A DNA stretch of 63,995 nt, filler included, from Octopus bimaculoides (taxonomy: Eukaryota), in NCBI RefSeq assembly GCF_001194135.2. It is 5 parts of 4 records of this genome, joined end to end, with 100 filler letters (N's around TTAATTAATTAA, not from the genome) between each part and the next. Parts side by side here need not be neighbours in the genome. Positions count along the whole stretch, not along the records: positions 17,612 to 43,323 come from NC_068998.1; 4 more parts are not named here. The stretch is one strand, 5' to 3'. The stretch's first letter is position 1; each line of letters opens with the position of its first letter. The notes beneath the pieces are model-generated. The model saw nothing but the letters and a program-made list of their open reading frames with translations, was not told the origin of the DNA and made no database searches. Position numbers and translations under genes: made by a program. This document shows positions 26,559-38,791 of this stretch, one piece after another.

Positions 26559-26868
26559 TGTAACATAACCAACAAGCTGACAGCCACATGTGACTTAACC
26601 AACAAGCTGGCAGCTACATGTGATGTAACTGACAAGATAGCAACTACATGTGATATGACTAACAAGACAGCAGCTACATGTGACATAACCAACGAATTAG
26701 CAGACATGCATTCAATAATTAAGAAGTTGACGGCAGTATGCAAATAAGCAAACATATCAGTGGTTATTTGTGAAATGATAAATTGGCCACCAAGTAGAAG
26801 CAACATGTGTATTAACCAATGAATTAGGGATTACATGTGAATTAAGCCAGAAATTGCCAGCTATAGCT
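26559..26868 (+). repeat. Diverged 30-bp tandem repeat, about 10 units, consensus tgtgacataaccaacaagctagcagctaca
   Basis: Five clear units from 26559 and more degenerate units downstream. The plus frame reads CNITNKLTAT CDLTNKLAAT CDVTDKIATT CDMTNKTAAT CDITNELA. Confidence 0.9.
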
Positions 26869-27243
26869 ATACAGAGATATCATAGTGCCCTAAAACCACT
26901 GTAGTTGTTTCTATTGTGCTGCTCCTCTTCATGCAGCAATTTGTGCTTCTTTCAAGAATGTGGAAGGGCAGATGACTTAAGGCCAATCTTGAAACACTGA
27001 GCCCTAGGAAGGAGATGATTAAAGACCAAAATATCTGGGACATTGCTATACTCATGAAGACCCATCTACCACAGCAGAATCGATACTGGTGCCACATAAA
27101 AAGCTTAACTTCTGTAGACGTTATTAATGTCTTTGAGAAAGACAAAAGTGTCACATTTTTCTCAAAGATATTCAGACTACCTTATAACACATTTGGTTTC
27201 TCCAGTTTTATATAGCTGCAAATGAAACATATTTACATATTAA

Positions 27244-27464
27244 CCTTTTAGTATTTAAACAGGCCATATCCAGCTCTAATATCTAACCTAGTTTATGTTC
27301 AAATGAGCCACATCTGGCCTCTCAGACCTATCCTATAATGTCATTTTAAAAATAAACAATCACATCATCAAAGTCTCAAAACCATGGAGATTATGCATGG
27401 TTAATTCAATACGATGTGAATAGATAAGCATTACATTTGACAGAGTAATCTGAATGCTAAAGGG
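27244..27464. mobile_element. TTAA/piggyBac-type MITE, complete
   Basis: TTAA at 27240-43 and 27465-68. Termini ccttttagtatt / aatgctaaaggg are inverted repeats. Confidence 0.9.
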
Positions 27465-30224
27465 TTAAACTGCTCAACAGGGAAGTTTCATGATAATGAT
27501 TTCATTATTCTGTTCACTACGATGAAACTTGTTTATAATTATCTTAAAACAAGCAAGCCAAAGTAGGAGAATCAGTGAATTTAGATTTGAAGTTTTTGTA
27601 ACTTAAAAGAGATGGAAAAAATTATGGTAACACATAAGATGAAGAATGGAATTTGTACATAAAAATCTGAAAACGTGGTTGAAAACATTAGTGACAATTG
27701 GAGTTAGGAAAGTCATCCAGCTGTAAAAAACATGTCAAAACAGACACAGAAGTCTGGTGCAGTCTTCTGCTTGGCCAGCTCCCGACAAACCGTCCAACCC
27801 ATGCCAGCATGGAAAGCAGACATTAAATTATGATGATAATGAGTTGAGTGGTTAAAAGTTTTATTTTTCAACCATGTTTTCTTGGTTTGATTTCACTTTA
27901 CAACACATTGGGCAAGAATCTTCCACACTAGCCTCCTCAAGTGAGCAGAATTCAGTCGATGGAGACTGTGCAGAAACTTCTTGTATAACCAGTGTTGCTT
28001 ATGTTTTCCCACCCACTACCCCATGGTTTATAACTTAGCAATCCAACAAATAGAAACTGAGGCAAGACTCAAATAAATACAGGGTTCAATATGATTGAGT
28101 AAAATTCCTTGAAGACAATGCTCCAGTGTGGCCACAGTTCAATATCTAAGACGAATGAGAGGGCAGAGAATGCCAAGTAAAGAAAGCCAACGGGAGAGAA
28201 TTCCAGGTTAACAACTCTTCAAGATATTATCAAAATGTAAAGTAGTCTTACAGAACTCACTAATAGAGTAAAGAGATGGAAATTCTTTGGGTTTCTGGTT
28301 TTGTTTTGCAATGTTTTTGAAATTTTACATGAACTGTTAAAATCTAGAATTTGAAGTGGAAATTTATATTCTTCAGTTCATCATTCATTGTTTTAACGTT
28401 TGCTTTTCTGTGCTTGCCTGACTCAAATGAGACTTTGTTGAGGCAGAATTTTCTACAGCCAGATGCCTTGTCTGATGTCAGAAAACTGAGGTAATACTCC
28501 TTCAGTCAATCAAACAAAAAGAAGCTTGAACATGCTTTCAAGGTGGGCTGCAAAACAAACAGCACCGTTTGTATAAACAGTGAGACTTTTTGTTTACAAT
28601 CAGCTGAATAATTCATGAGTTTATATTTGTAGCATTCGAATGACTGAAACATAGATTTACAAAATTGTCTGTTTGCTTTTGTCAACAACCATCTAACATT
28701 AGACAGGCTGTTATCAAATGACATCATCATTTGGAATAATCAACAGGTGAGCCATGTCATTCATCAGACAAAACACGCCTACATCATCAACTTTTCTAAT
28801 CAACTAGTCCACCTATTTTGTAAACAAGTATGCCTACAGCATCACATTTCAGAACAATCAGCTGATACAACAGCTATTCATCCACCCTGATACACTGGCA
28901 TCATCATCTTTCATACAATCAGCTAGTGTGCCTAATTCTTCAATAGACATGTTTACATTATCACTATTCAGCCCAATTAGTGACTTTTACTGATGCTATA
29001 TTAATAAGAGTCATTCTTAAAAAGAATTATTGTAGGGGAACTTAACAGAAATTGTTAGTAATTATTCTCAAGTATGCAGCCTAGCCAGAGTGGCAAAACT
29101 GATCAACACAGCCTAAAGATACAGTACCCAGTCATAGTACTGTTGTACACAGTTTTTCTAGCAGTAACTGTGGAAGTATTACAACAGATATTGTTAGTAA
29201 CCACACAGTAGACCAACTATAAAATGTTAAATTCAGACACAGCTTTTACTAACAAGCCAGACACTACCATATAGGTCAATAATCATGCTTCCGACTATCA
29301 GAGTTGTGGCCAAACCCACAGAAGAACCAAGCTGCCTTTTACCAATAGCTAAGACAGATAGCTCTTTCCTAACCCAAAGTTTCTGTCAATGGTAAAGAGC
29401 TGTTTTTCCAGAACTGTTTTACTAAACATACATACATGTTCTTTTAGTTTCTTTGTTGACTCACCGCCAAGTACATACAAATGTGTGTGTGTGTGTGTAG
29501 AGTATAAAATTCATCAACAAAACTCATAGAACAATATTTCCTACCACTTTTCTGTATGTATTATATTTGTATATCATTTTCTTTACACTACAGTCAAAAG
29601 CCTTGTAGCATATAATATCATGCCTGTCACTAGGGAGAGGGTACACTGAACAGCACAGTCCCCTCACTATTCAATGGTGCACCCTCAGATTTACAGCGAT
29701 ATACTTATTTTGAAACTCCTTTAGCATTATTACAAATTAGTGGCCCACTTGGTATCATGCAGCGCTTGTGTGACAGCCGCCCACTCAAAAAAAGACGTGC
29801 TCAACCAACAGCACCACACACTTTGCGGCTCTACGATCGTTTCATTTTCTGTCTTCCTTTCTTCCTCTTGAATATTTCCTACTAACACCAAGATCTGTAC
29901 CTGTGGTCGGCTTCACCTGGGCTCACACTGGTGGCTTCCATGCATGCCATGGTGCCCTCTTACTCGACCAGGCATCAGAAAGTCACCTCGCCAATGATCA
30001 CTCAACCTGTCACCTGGCTAGTCTGACATCGGTCACTTGCTCCAATGCCATCCATTTTTGGGGGCTGGTCAATTCAGCAGGTAAGTTGTCACACACTCCA
30101 CTTTAGCATTATTACAAATTAGTGCCCACCCAGAATGTTCTGAAGCACCCCTGGGCACCAAAGTTTGGTGACACATATCATGTGTACTATTTATAATAGT
30201 CTGTTATAGTTTGTCACATCTATT

Positions 30225-30510
30225 CAGCTCACAATTGTAAAGTTGTGAGTTCAGTTCCCAGCGATGCATTGTGCTCCTTGAGCAAGACACTTTACTTCAT
30301 GTTGCTCCAGTCCACTCAGCAGGCAAAAATTGTGCTGTATCTATATTTCAAAGGGCCAGCCTTGTCACACTGAATCTTCCTGAGAATTATGTTATGGGTA
30401 CACATGTTTGTTGCATGCTCATCCACATGCATGTGAATTTCACAAGCAGGTTGTTTCATTGGTCAGATCAGCTGGAACCCTCATTGTCATAACCAATGGA
30501 GTGCCAGTGA
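30225..30510 (+). mobile_element. tRNA-derived SINE, CpG-decayed
   Basis: gtgagttcagttcc, ttgagcaagacactttacttcatgttgctccag, and aagggccagccttgtcacac shared with 18790. Confidence 0.75.
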
Positions 30511-31584
30511 GTTAGACAATGCTAATGTTACCCTGCAGTTTTGTTTATCACGGACAGAATTCATAATTCTTCACTATATTCATCTCAGTATATTTGGATT
30601 TATTGCTCATCAGCAATAAATACTGAATACATTTGAATTTTGGTAGGCACAGGTAGGGCTGTAGGTTCAGACGTAGCTGTGCGATCTTGGGTTCAGTTCC
30701 ACCACGTGGCACCTTGGGAAAAGGTCTTCTATTATAGCCCTGGGCCAACCAAAGCTTTGAGTGGATCTGGTTGTCAAAGTCAAAAAAGTCAATCATATAT
30801 ATGTGTGTGTACACTCCTGTCTAGTCATCATGCGATGGTTACAAATCCACATCATCTTCATTGAAGTGATGTTCTTCATTTTCAGTCTCCCATGGGGAAA
30901 TTTAACCATGCTAGGAAATAGATGAAAGTTGGCCACAGAAAGAATATCGGGCAGTAAAAAAACTGCCTCTGGTCAATGCAAGCATGAAAATGTGAACGTT
31001 AAATAAAGACATGTTCTTACCTTTCTCTCACAAACACGTATTGTTTTTAAATAAAACTGGTTCATAATGAACTTTTAGCTAATTCAAACATGTCATTAGT
31101 ACATAACATACAATTTCATTTGCTCTAATTCTAGCAGCAAATTCGAATGAATACTAAATTGAATTTTTAAAATGTATGGATTATATTGCATAATGATAAC
31201 ATTTAATATTGTTTCTATGGGGCAGAATGTTCAGAAGCATTTTGTGCATCTTTACGTTCTGAGTTCAAATGCTGCCGAGACCATCTTTTATCCTTTCAGG
31301 GTCTATAATATAAGTACCAGTTGAGCACTGGGGGTAATTTAATCAATTTAAACCCCGGCAAAAAAAAAAAAAAAAATGCTGGATGTGTGCCAAAATTTGA
31401 AATCAATATTGTTTCTAGGAATTCTGAATTTTAATGGGGATGTGGGAAAGTACAAACACTACAGTTATTCTAGTTGATTAGCTATATTTGGACAATTAAA
31501 ATTTGGCAATTTTAATTGACAATAACAGTTTAGCATTTCATAGAGTGAGTCAACAATTTGTACTTTATTTTTCTCATTTATTCT

Positions 31585-32430
31585 AATACAGGTTTCAAAG
31601 TTTGGCAGAAGACCAGTAATTTCAAGGAAGGGGACAAGTCAATTACACCAACCCCAATGAACAACTGGTATTTATTTTATCAACTCTGATAATTTTAGTA
31701 CAGAGTGTAAAGATGCCATTGTGCTAACAATTCTTCAAGCTCATTTCCTTCTCATCTATTCCAATATAAAGCTTTAAATTTTGGCACAAGACTAGTAATT
31801 CCAGTGGAAGGGGTAAGTCGATTACATTGACCGTCGTGCTCAACTGGTACTTATTTTATGAATCCCAAGAGGATGAAAGGCAAAGTCGACCCCGGCGGAA
31901 TTTGAACACAGAAATTTAGAATAGATGGAATGCCACTAAGCATTTTGCCAGGCATGCTAACAATTCTGCCAGCTCACCGCCTTCTCTATTCTAATATTGG
32001 TTTCAAATTTTGACACAAGGCCAGCAATTCTGGTGGAGAGAGTAAGTTGGATACATCAACCCCAGTGCTCAATTGGAATTAATTTTATCAACCCCGAAAG
32101 GATGAAAGGCAAAGTCAACCTCAGCGGAATTGGAACTCAGAACATAAAGACGGACAAGCATTTTGCCAGGCATACTAACAATTCTGCCAGCTCACCGCCT
32201 TATCTATTCTAATATTGGTTTCAAATTTTGGCACAAGGCCAGCAATTTCAGGAGAATGGGTAAGTCAATTTACATCGACCCCACTTCTCAACTGGCACTT
32301 ATTTTATTGACCTCCACAAAGGGACAAAAGACAAAACCAACCCCCAGTAGAATTTAATCTCAGAAAGACAGGATAGACAACATACCACTAAGCATTTTGC
32401 CCAGCATGATAACAACTCTGGCAGTTTACT
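31585..32430 (-). mobile_element. Four head-to-tail SINE copies (gagctggcagaa family) sharing the same linker
   Basis: Units start near 31585, 31765, 31995 and 32214. Each is followed by ccttctc(atc)tattc(c/t)aa(t/c)at. Confidence 0.88.
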
Positions 32431-32819
32431 ACCTTCTCATCTATTCCAACATTAACAAAGATCTCTTACACAATACGTTCTTAAACCGTTTCTTTCTCTT
32501 CTTTTCTTGCAGCACTTACTGTATTAATTATTCTTATCCAGTTTAGTCTTAGTCATTAGAGCCAGTAACCTCTCACAAATTCTCTATCATACCCCATGGT
32601 TTACAACAGACAAGATCTGGTCTGTGATGATATCTGCTGCCATTTAAATGTCCATCAGTGTTGGAACCTCTATATTCAAAGGTCATCTCCATTTCCATCT
32701 ATAACAGACTCAGTTTGTTATACATGGAAAGTTGCTTTTTTATCTCAAATTTGTTGTTTGAAAAACTTTTAATGAAACACAGACCTTTAGTTTAAAGCTG
32801 TTATATTGTTTAATCATCA

Positions 32820-33100
32820 TCATCATTAACATTTAACGTCTGTTTTCTATGCTGGTATGAGTTGGACAGCTTGACAGGAACTGGCAAGGCCAGGCGATGC
32901 ACCAGGTTCCATATTCTGTTTTGGATTGGTTTCTATGGTGGAATATCGTTCCTAACACCAACCACTTTACAGAGTGTACTGGGTTCTTTTTGTGTGACAT
33001 TATCACCAGTGCTTTTTATGTGGTACCCACCAGCACCAGCGCTTTTTTCATGGCACCAGCACACCAATGCTTTTTATGTGGCATCTTGGCTTCCAAATTT
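32820..33100. mobile_element. RTE-type 3' tail repeat; other copies at 27700-27840, 28380-28480, 35760-36200, 37285-37400 and 41390-41460
   Basis: (cat)n + ttaacgtc.g.tttc.atgctgg.atg.gttggac... shared between copies. Clade assignment is from recalled RTE tail consensus. Confidence 0.7.
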
Positions 33101-33233
33101 CAATATATATATATATATATAGAATAGGAAGAGTTTAGGCCACTAGTGATCTAATTGATAAGCTACTAAGATTCAACTTCACAACAGGGGCTGGAGTTGG
33201 GTATCCATAGCCTACTTTCGAGTCAGCAGGTAT

Positions 33234-33471
33234 AAATTAAAGGAAGAGGGGAAACAAAATCAAGGCAGGACAAGCTTATCAGTTCATTTAAATTATTTTA
33301 ATGGTGAATGAAAGTGAGCAAAAGTGAATAATAGTCTTACAGCTGTTTCTAAGGTATCGCAACACAGAAACAGCTGTAAGACACTATTATTTACTTCGAT
33401 TCACCATTAAAATAATTTAAATGAACTGATAAGCTTGTCCTGCCTTGATTTAGTTTCCCTCTTCCTTTAAT

Positions 33472-33473
<2 letters not shown>
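33234..33473. repeat. 240-bp near-perfect fold-back (inverted repeat)
   Basis: 33234-33309 is the reverse complement of 33399-33473 with one mismatch and one indel. An inner stem 33322-33350 / 33366-33396 surrounds a 15-nt loop. Confidence 0.95.
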
Positions 33474-33504
<31 letters not shown>

Positions 33505-33509
<5 letters not shown>

Positions 33510-33865
33510 TTTACCTTTTACTTGTATCAGTCATGCAGCCATGCTGGTGCACTGCCCTGAATTTTACGCTGCATGAAATGACCCAATACTTATGTCTTAA
33601 GCCTGGTCTCTTTTGCAAAACAACCAAGTTACAGGGATGCAAATGGTGGTTGGGGGGGAGGGGGACAAACAGACGCAAAGGCACTCACACACACACACAC
33701 ATATATACGATGGGCTTCTTTCAGTTTCCATCTACCAAATCCACTCACAGGGCTTTGATTAGCACAAGGCGATAGTAGAAAACACTTGCCCAAGGTTGTT
33801 ATGCAGTGGGACTGAATCTTGAACCATGTGACTGGGAAGCAAGCTTTTTACCACACAGCCACATC
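33505..33865 (-). mobile_element. CORE-type SINE, CpG-decayed
   Basis: Collinear with 23678-24092. Confidence 0.85.
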
Positions 33866-34785
33866 TAAATATATAATTTAATTACATGGACAGTCTTATC
33901 ATTTAATTACTGGGTGGGGGGGGTCTGTACTATAGCAATCAGACGTAGGCAGTAAAATAGCAAATGTTGACAAGGTATACCAGGTACTGCCACTGCCCAA
34001 GATTATTGTTAATTGAAATGTGATAAATCACAAGTAGATAATAAAATATTCCTGAGTTAATATCAACTACTTCATGGGTGGTGATCATAAGATTTGGAAA
34101 TTAAGAACAGAAATCATAATTACTGGAACAACTGTGGAAACTAATGACTGTAAAGAAAATTGATGAAAATATTGAATATGTTAATGGAGTAAAACTAATA
34201 TGAAATGAGTNNNNNNNNNNNNNNNNNNNNNNNNNNNNNNNNNNNNNNNNNNNNNNNNNNNNNNNNNNNNNNNNNNNNNNNNNNNNNNNNNNNNNNNNNN
34301 NNNNNNNNNNNNNNNNNNNNNNNNNNNNNNNNNNNNNNNNNNNNNNNNNNNNNNNNNNNNNNNNNNNNNNNNNNNNNNNNNNNNNNNNNNNNNNNNNNNN
34401 NNNNAATTGATGAAAATATTGAATATGTTAATGGAGTAAAACTAATATGAAATGAGTGAGACACCAATTGGAAACAGGTATATAGCATTCATACTTAATG
34501 TCATTAAGTCTACTGTAGTGGAACTGACAGAAAATAGACAATTGCAACATCTATTCTATGGCTACTATGAAAGAGAGAGAGAGAGAGGGGGAGATGGTAA
34601 TGACAAATACAATTTGACGTATGGTGGTCCAGGACAATAAGTGGAAGACAAAAGATTGATGTGACAGAAGTAATAATCACAATTTTGTTTCACATCTTTT
34701 CATGTCAAGAGAGAGTATCTTTAAGAAATTAAAACTGTTGCTAGAATTGTTCAAAGATAGTGATTGGAACTAAAACTTAAGGAGG

Positions 34786-34829
<44 letters not shown>

Positions 34830-35016
34830 TACAGGGACAGAGAGAAATGAATGGGCTATTGATTGAAACTTCAACAGTTTTCAGATGTTTAACCCATTGG
34901 TTCTCAACTGGGGTCCATATGTTGGAATTTTGTTATTGAAATTTATGTGCAATATTTTCTACAATACACAAAATATTTAAACATTCCTAATAATATTATT
35001 TAACCATTAAAAAAAA

Positions 35017-35430
35017 AAGGGTAAAGTCCCCCTTCGGTCATGAACAACCATGGGATTGCACCTAGAATGTTAATCTCCAAAGAACAAATCCAAGCAAGGT
35101 TGTTTATGGAAGCCCAGCAGTCGCTCATGCATACCAGCCCCCACCCCCCACCTATATGCCACCAATGTTATCCAAGGGAAAGGCAAAGGCTGATACAGCT
35201 TGGCACCAGTGATGGCACAACTTTATGTAGTTCTCAGGGAGATTCAGTATGGCAGAGAATGTGAAGAGGCTGGCCTTTTGAATTACATGCGCAACTCATT
35301 TATGCTAGCTGAGCAGACGGGGGCAATATGAAATAAAGTGTCTTGCCTGAGCACACAACTCACCACCAGGAATTGAACTCACAACTTAGGATTGTGAGCT
35401 GAATACCCTTAACCACTAAGTCACATGCCC
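35017..35430 (-). mobile_element. tRNA-derived SINE, near full length
   Basis: The reverse complement starts with a tRNA-like head (catgtgacttagtggttaag...gtgagttcaattcc) followed by the gacacttt core. Confidence 0.85.
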
Positions 35431-36957
35431 TCATCTGTATGTCAATAGAAATACAGTAACAAAAGGGTAAATATTTGTAATTTAAGTGAAAATAGTTACA
35501 GGTTGATGTGTTGTTAGCAGAGTGATGAATGTTTTGTCAATACAGGTAGATTTCAATATTGTTTGAGACTAAGTTGTTAAGCTGGCAGAAACGTTAGCAT
35601 GCCAGGTGAAATGCTTAGCTATATTTCGTCTGTCTTTACATTCTGAGTTCAAATTCTGCCGAGCTCGACTTTGCCTTTCATCCCTAAGGGTCATATGGAC
35701 TCTGGTTGAGAACCACTGATCAAATGTACTGCCAAGTTCCCTTGTTAGTAGAATCATCTTCATTGTTTAACATCCTCCTTCCATGCTGGCATGGGTTGGA
35801 TAGATTCACAGGAGCCGGCCAGGCAGAAGCCTTAATCATGCTTCTTTATCCGTTTGGGCAGGCTTTTTACAGCTGGATGTCCTTCCTAATACCAACCACT
35901 CTGCAGAGTGGACTGAGTGCTTTTTACATGGCACCAGCACAAGTGAGGTCAGTTTTGGCATGGTTTTTACAGCTAGATGCCCTTCCAAATGCCAACCAGT
36001 AGTTTACAGTGTGGACTAGATGCTTTTTAAGTGGCACCAGCACTGGCAGAGTCACCAAGTAACTGTGCAAGACAATGAATTTTGAGAGGAGGAAGGAATA
36101 TTGGAGGGGGTGATTTTGTGTCAGATGATGAAAGGTTACAGTGTGACAGAGAGACAGAAGCAGATGTCTTGCTGTAGAGGAAGTACATGGTTACCCAGCC
36201 AGAAAGAGACAGACAGATAGACAGAGTTAATAAGTGGGGCAGAAAGAGGTGTACTGTTGTAAAGGCAATACATGGTTACCTCGCTGGAGGGAAGAGGTAT
36301 ATTTGTAACAATGTTTTTACTTCCATTTATATAGTTTCCATATCAGTGTCTACCCAGATTCTCATTTCCAAACCATAAAAATCTTAAGCTCCACAATCTG
36401 GAGAAGAGAATGGTTTTAAATATTCTGAAAAGTTCAAACTTGATACAACAAAGGGAATTCTCAAATCTATACAAACACTGTTGGAATTATATTGCAAACT
36501 GTATTTTATTAAATGAAATACTATTTTAAGAGAATTATTAGTTATTATTTGACAGAAAATGGTTTCCCTTACTTCTCGATAATAAAAGACAACAATCATA
36601 TAATATTTTTTTAAATTTTATATTCTCAGTAATAATAATAATAACAATGCAATAATGAAACAAGTGTTATGATGAAAATATATAAACACAATAACGGCAT
36701 GAAAGCAATTTTATCTTCCTTTTTCACAATGCTAAGCATCATCATTTCATATTCCATGCTGGTATGGGTTGGACGAAATGATCAGAATTTTTTTTTTTTT
36801 TTTAATTTACTTTTACACACTTCCTTTCAATATAGATGATTTAACAGATATTAGCTTTATCTGCTTCGGACAATTGCTTTGGGATTAACTTGTTAACGGA
36901 TTAACTTACAGCTCATCAAGTCATGTAGTCTCTCTATAGTAGGCTGTTTATAATTAG

Positions 36958-36961
36958 TGCC

Positions 36962-36994
<33 letters not shown>

Positions 36995-37280
36995 GCCACC
37001 ACCACAACTACTACTACTACTGCCACCACCACCACCACTACGACTACTACTACCGTCATCAATACAACTACTACTACTGCCACCACCACTACGACTACTA
37101 CTACGACTACCATCATCAATACAACTACTACTGCCACCACCACAACTACTACTACCACCACCACCACCACCACCACGACTACCACCACCACCACTACGAC
37201 TACTACTACCACCACCACCACTACGACTACTACTACCACCGTCATCAATACAACTACCACCACCACCACCACCACCATCA
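36958..37280. repeat. Compound (CAC/TAC)n trinucleotide array with a thrice-repeated acc(g/a)tcatcaatacaactac sub-unit
   Basis: Direct reading. Confidence 0.95.
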
Positions 37281-38398
37281 AGCCATAGAAACCATTGCCA
37301 AATCAGGATGGAGGCTGGTGCAGTGTTCTCGTTTACCGGCATGTCAAACCATCCAACCCATGCCAGCATAGAAGGTGGACATTAAATGATGATGATGATA
37401 TGTATATGTGTGTGTGCATGTGTGTGTGTATGTGTGTGTGTATGTGTGTGTGTACGCATGTTTATGTGTATATACACATATATGTATATGTGTGTGTGTA
37501 TATATATATATATATACACATATGTATATGTGTGTGTGTGTGTATACACATATGTGCGTGTGTATATACACATGTATGTGTAAGTAAATACACATATATG
37601 TATGTGTTATGTTTATGTATGTATATACACATGTTTATGTGTGTGTGTATGTGTATACATATATGCATGTGTGTGCGCATGCACGTGTTTGTGCATGAGG
37701 TTCACCTCAGAATAATGAGCTTTTAAATGGTTACTTGATCTGTTATAAATAACAGTCAACTATTTATCCTACTATAGGTCTGATGAAGATATACCTGTGG
37801 CTAAACAACACAAACTAGACAAAAGTAACAGCGTTATTCAGTAGCTGTGCATGCAGCACACCTGTTGTGCAGACAATGCTTTGATTTCCTGTCTAATCTA
37901 CTCAAAACTCTATAACATCCATAAAGCATTGATTAATATTACCCTTACCCCAGTGGTTCGTTTTGAACCTGTTTTTTTGATCTACACACCAAAAGCCCCC
38001 ACCACCACTACCGTCACCACCACATGCTGCCATCCAATACATTTTATCTAGCCACAAACAATGTTTTGTGGTCTAATGATCATATCACATCTGCATGAAT
38101 TTTTTTGTACTTTAATTATCAGGTTTAGAAGTTCTGGCCACAGATTTATAATATATTTATTTACTATATAGAACACCAAGAGATTTAACACACACACATA
38201 CATACACACACGCATGAATTATTTCCCAAACTGAAAACTATCAATATGAAAAACTTAACTCCAAGTTTTTCTGTTAATCAAACTTGACAATAGGAAGAAA
38301 CTATCTCACAACGTCTGGTATCTTAGCCAGGAGGAGATTGTTCTCCCATCGACTTGTTTGCAGTCACTGAATAGTAAAGGGCTTAAAGAATATATTAA

Positions 38399-38610
38399 CC
38401 CTTTAGCATTCAGATTACTCTGTCAAATGTAATGCTTATTTATTCATATTGTTTTGAATTAATCATGCAGAATTGCATGGCTTCAAGATTTTGATCAAGC
38501 AACTGTTTATTTTTAGAATGACATTATAGGGTAAGTATGAGAGGCCAGATCTGGTCAGTATGAATATAAAACAGAATATTTGGCCATGATATGACTGGTT
38601 TAAACGCTAA
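38399..38610. mobile_element. TTAA/piggyBac-type MITE, inverted relative to 27244 with its right terminus lost; a further fragment lies at 41280-41385
   Basis: TTAA + ccctttagcattcagattactctgtcaaatgtaatgc, the reverse complement of the 27464 end. Confidence 0.88.
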
Positions 38611-38791
38611 GCTTGTTTGTTGAGATTTGAAACAGTGCTACATAGGTGTAGAAGTTGTTGCTATGATAGTGTTGAATCAACAGCATAGTTGAGATAGACA
38701 CAGTGCTATGAGACAGGAGCTGCGTTGCATGACAGGGGGCAGCATCGTGAGATGGAGGCAGAGTGTTGTGAGAGAGGGGCAGCAAGTTCTT

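Noticed and set aside
34158-34457. Identical 53-bp sequence on both sides of an N gap
   Set aside because: Most simply an unmerged contig overlap, not a real duplication.
34895-35718. hAT-like TIR pair (ca(t/g)tggttctcaac) as one intact MITE
   Set aside because: The ends are hAT/Charlie-like, but the 8-bp flanks (gtttaacc versus atcaaatg) do not match and the interior is mostly SINEs, so a single insertion is not supported.
36893-37385. Gly/Ser-rich, poly-Val and poly-Pro ORFs
   Set aside because: All are translations of one (CAC/TAC)n array, with no splice or homology support.
37780-37810. CTGATGA box as a hammerhead
   Set aside because: No stem II or GAAA at the required position. The same holds for CTGATGA near 9972 and CTGAGGA (minus) near 59680.
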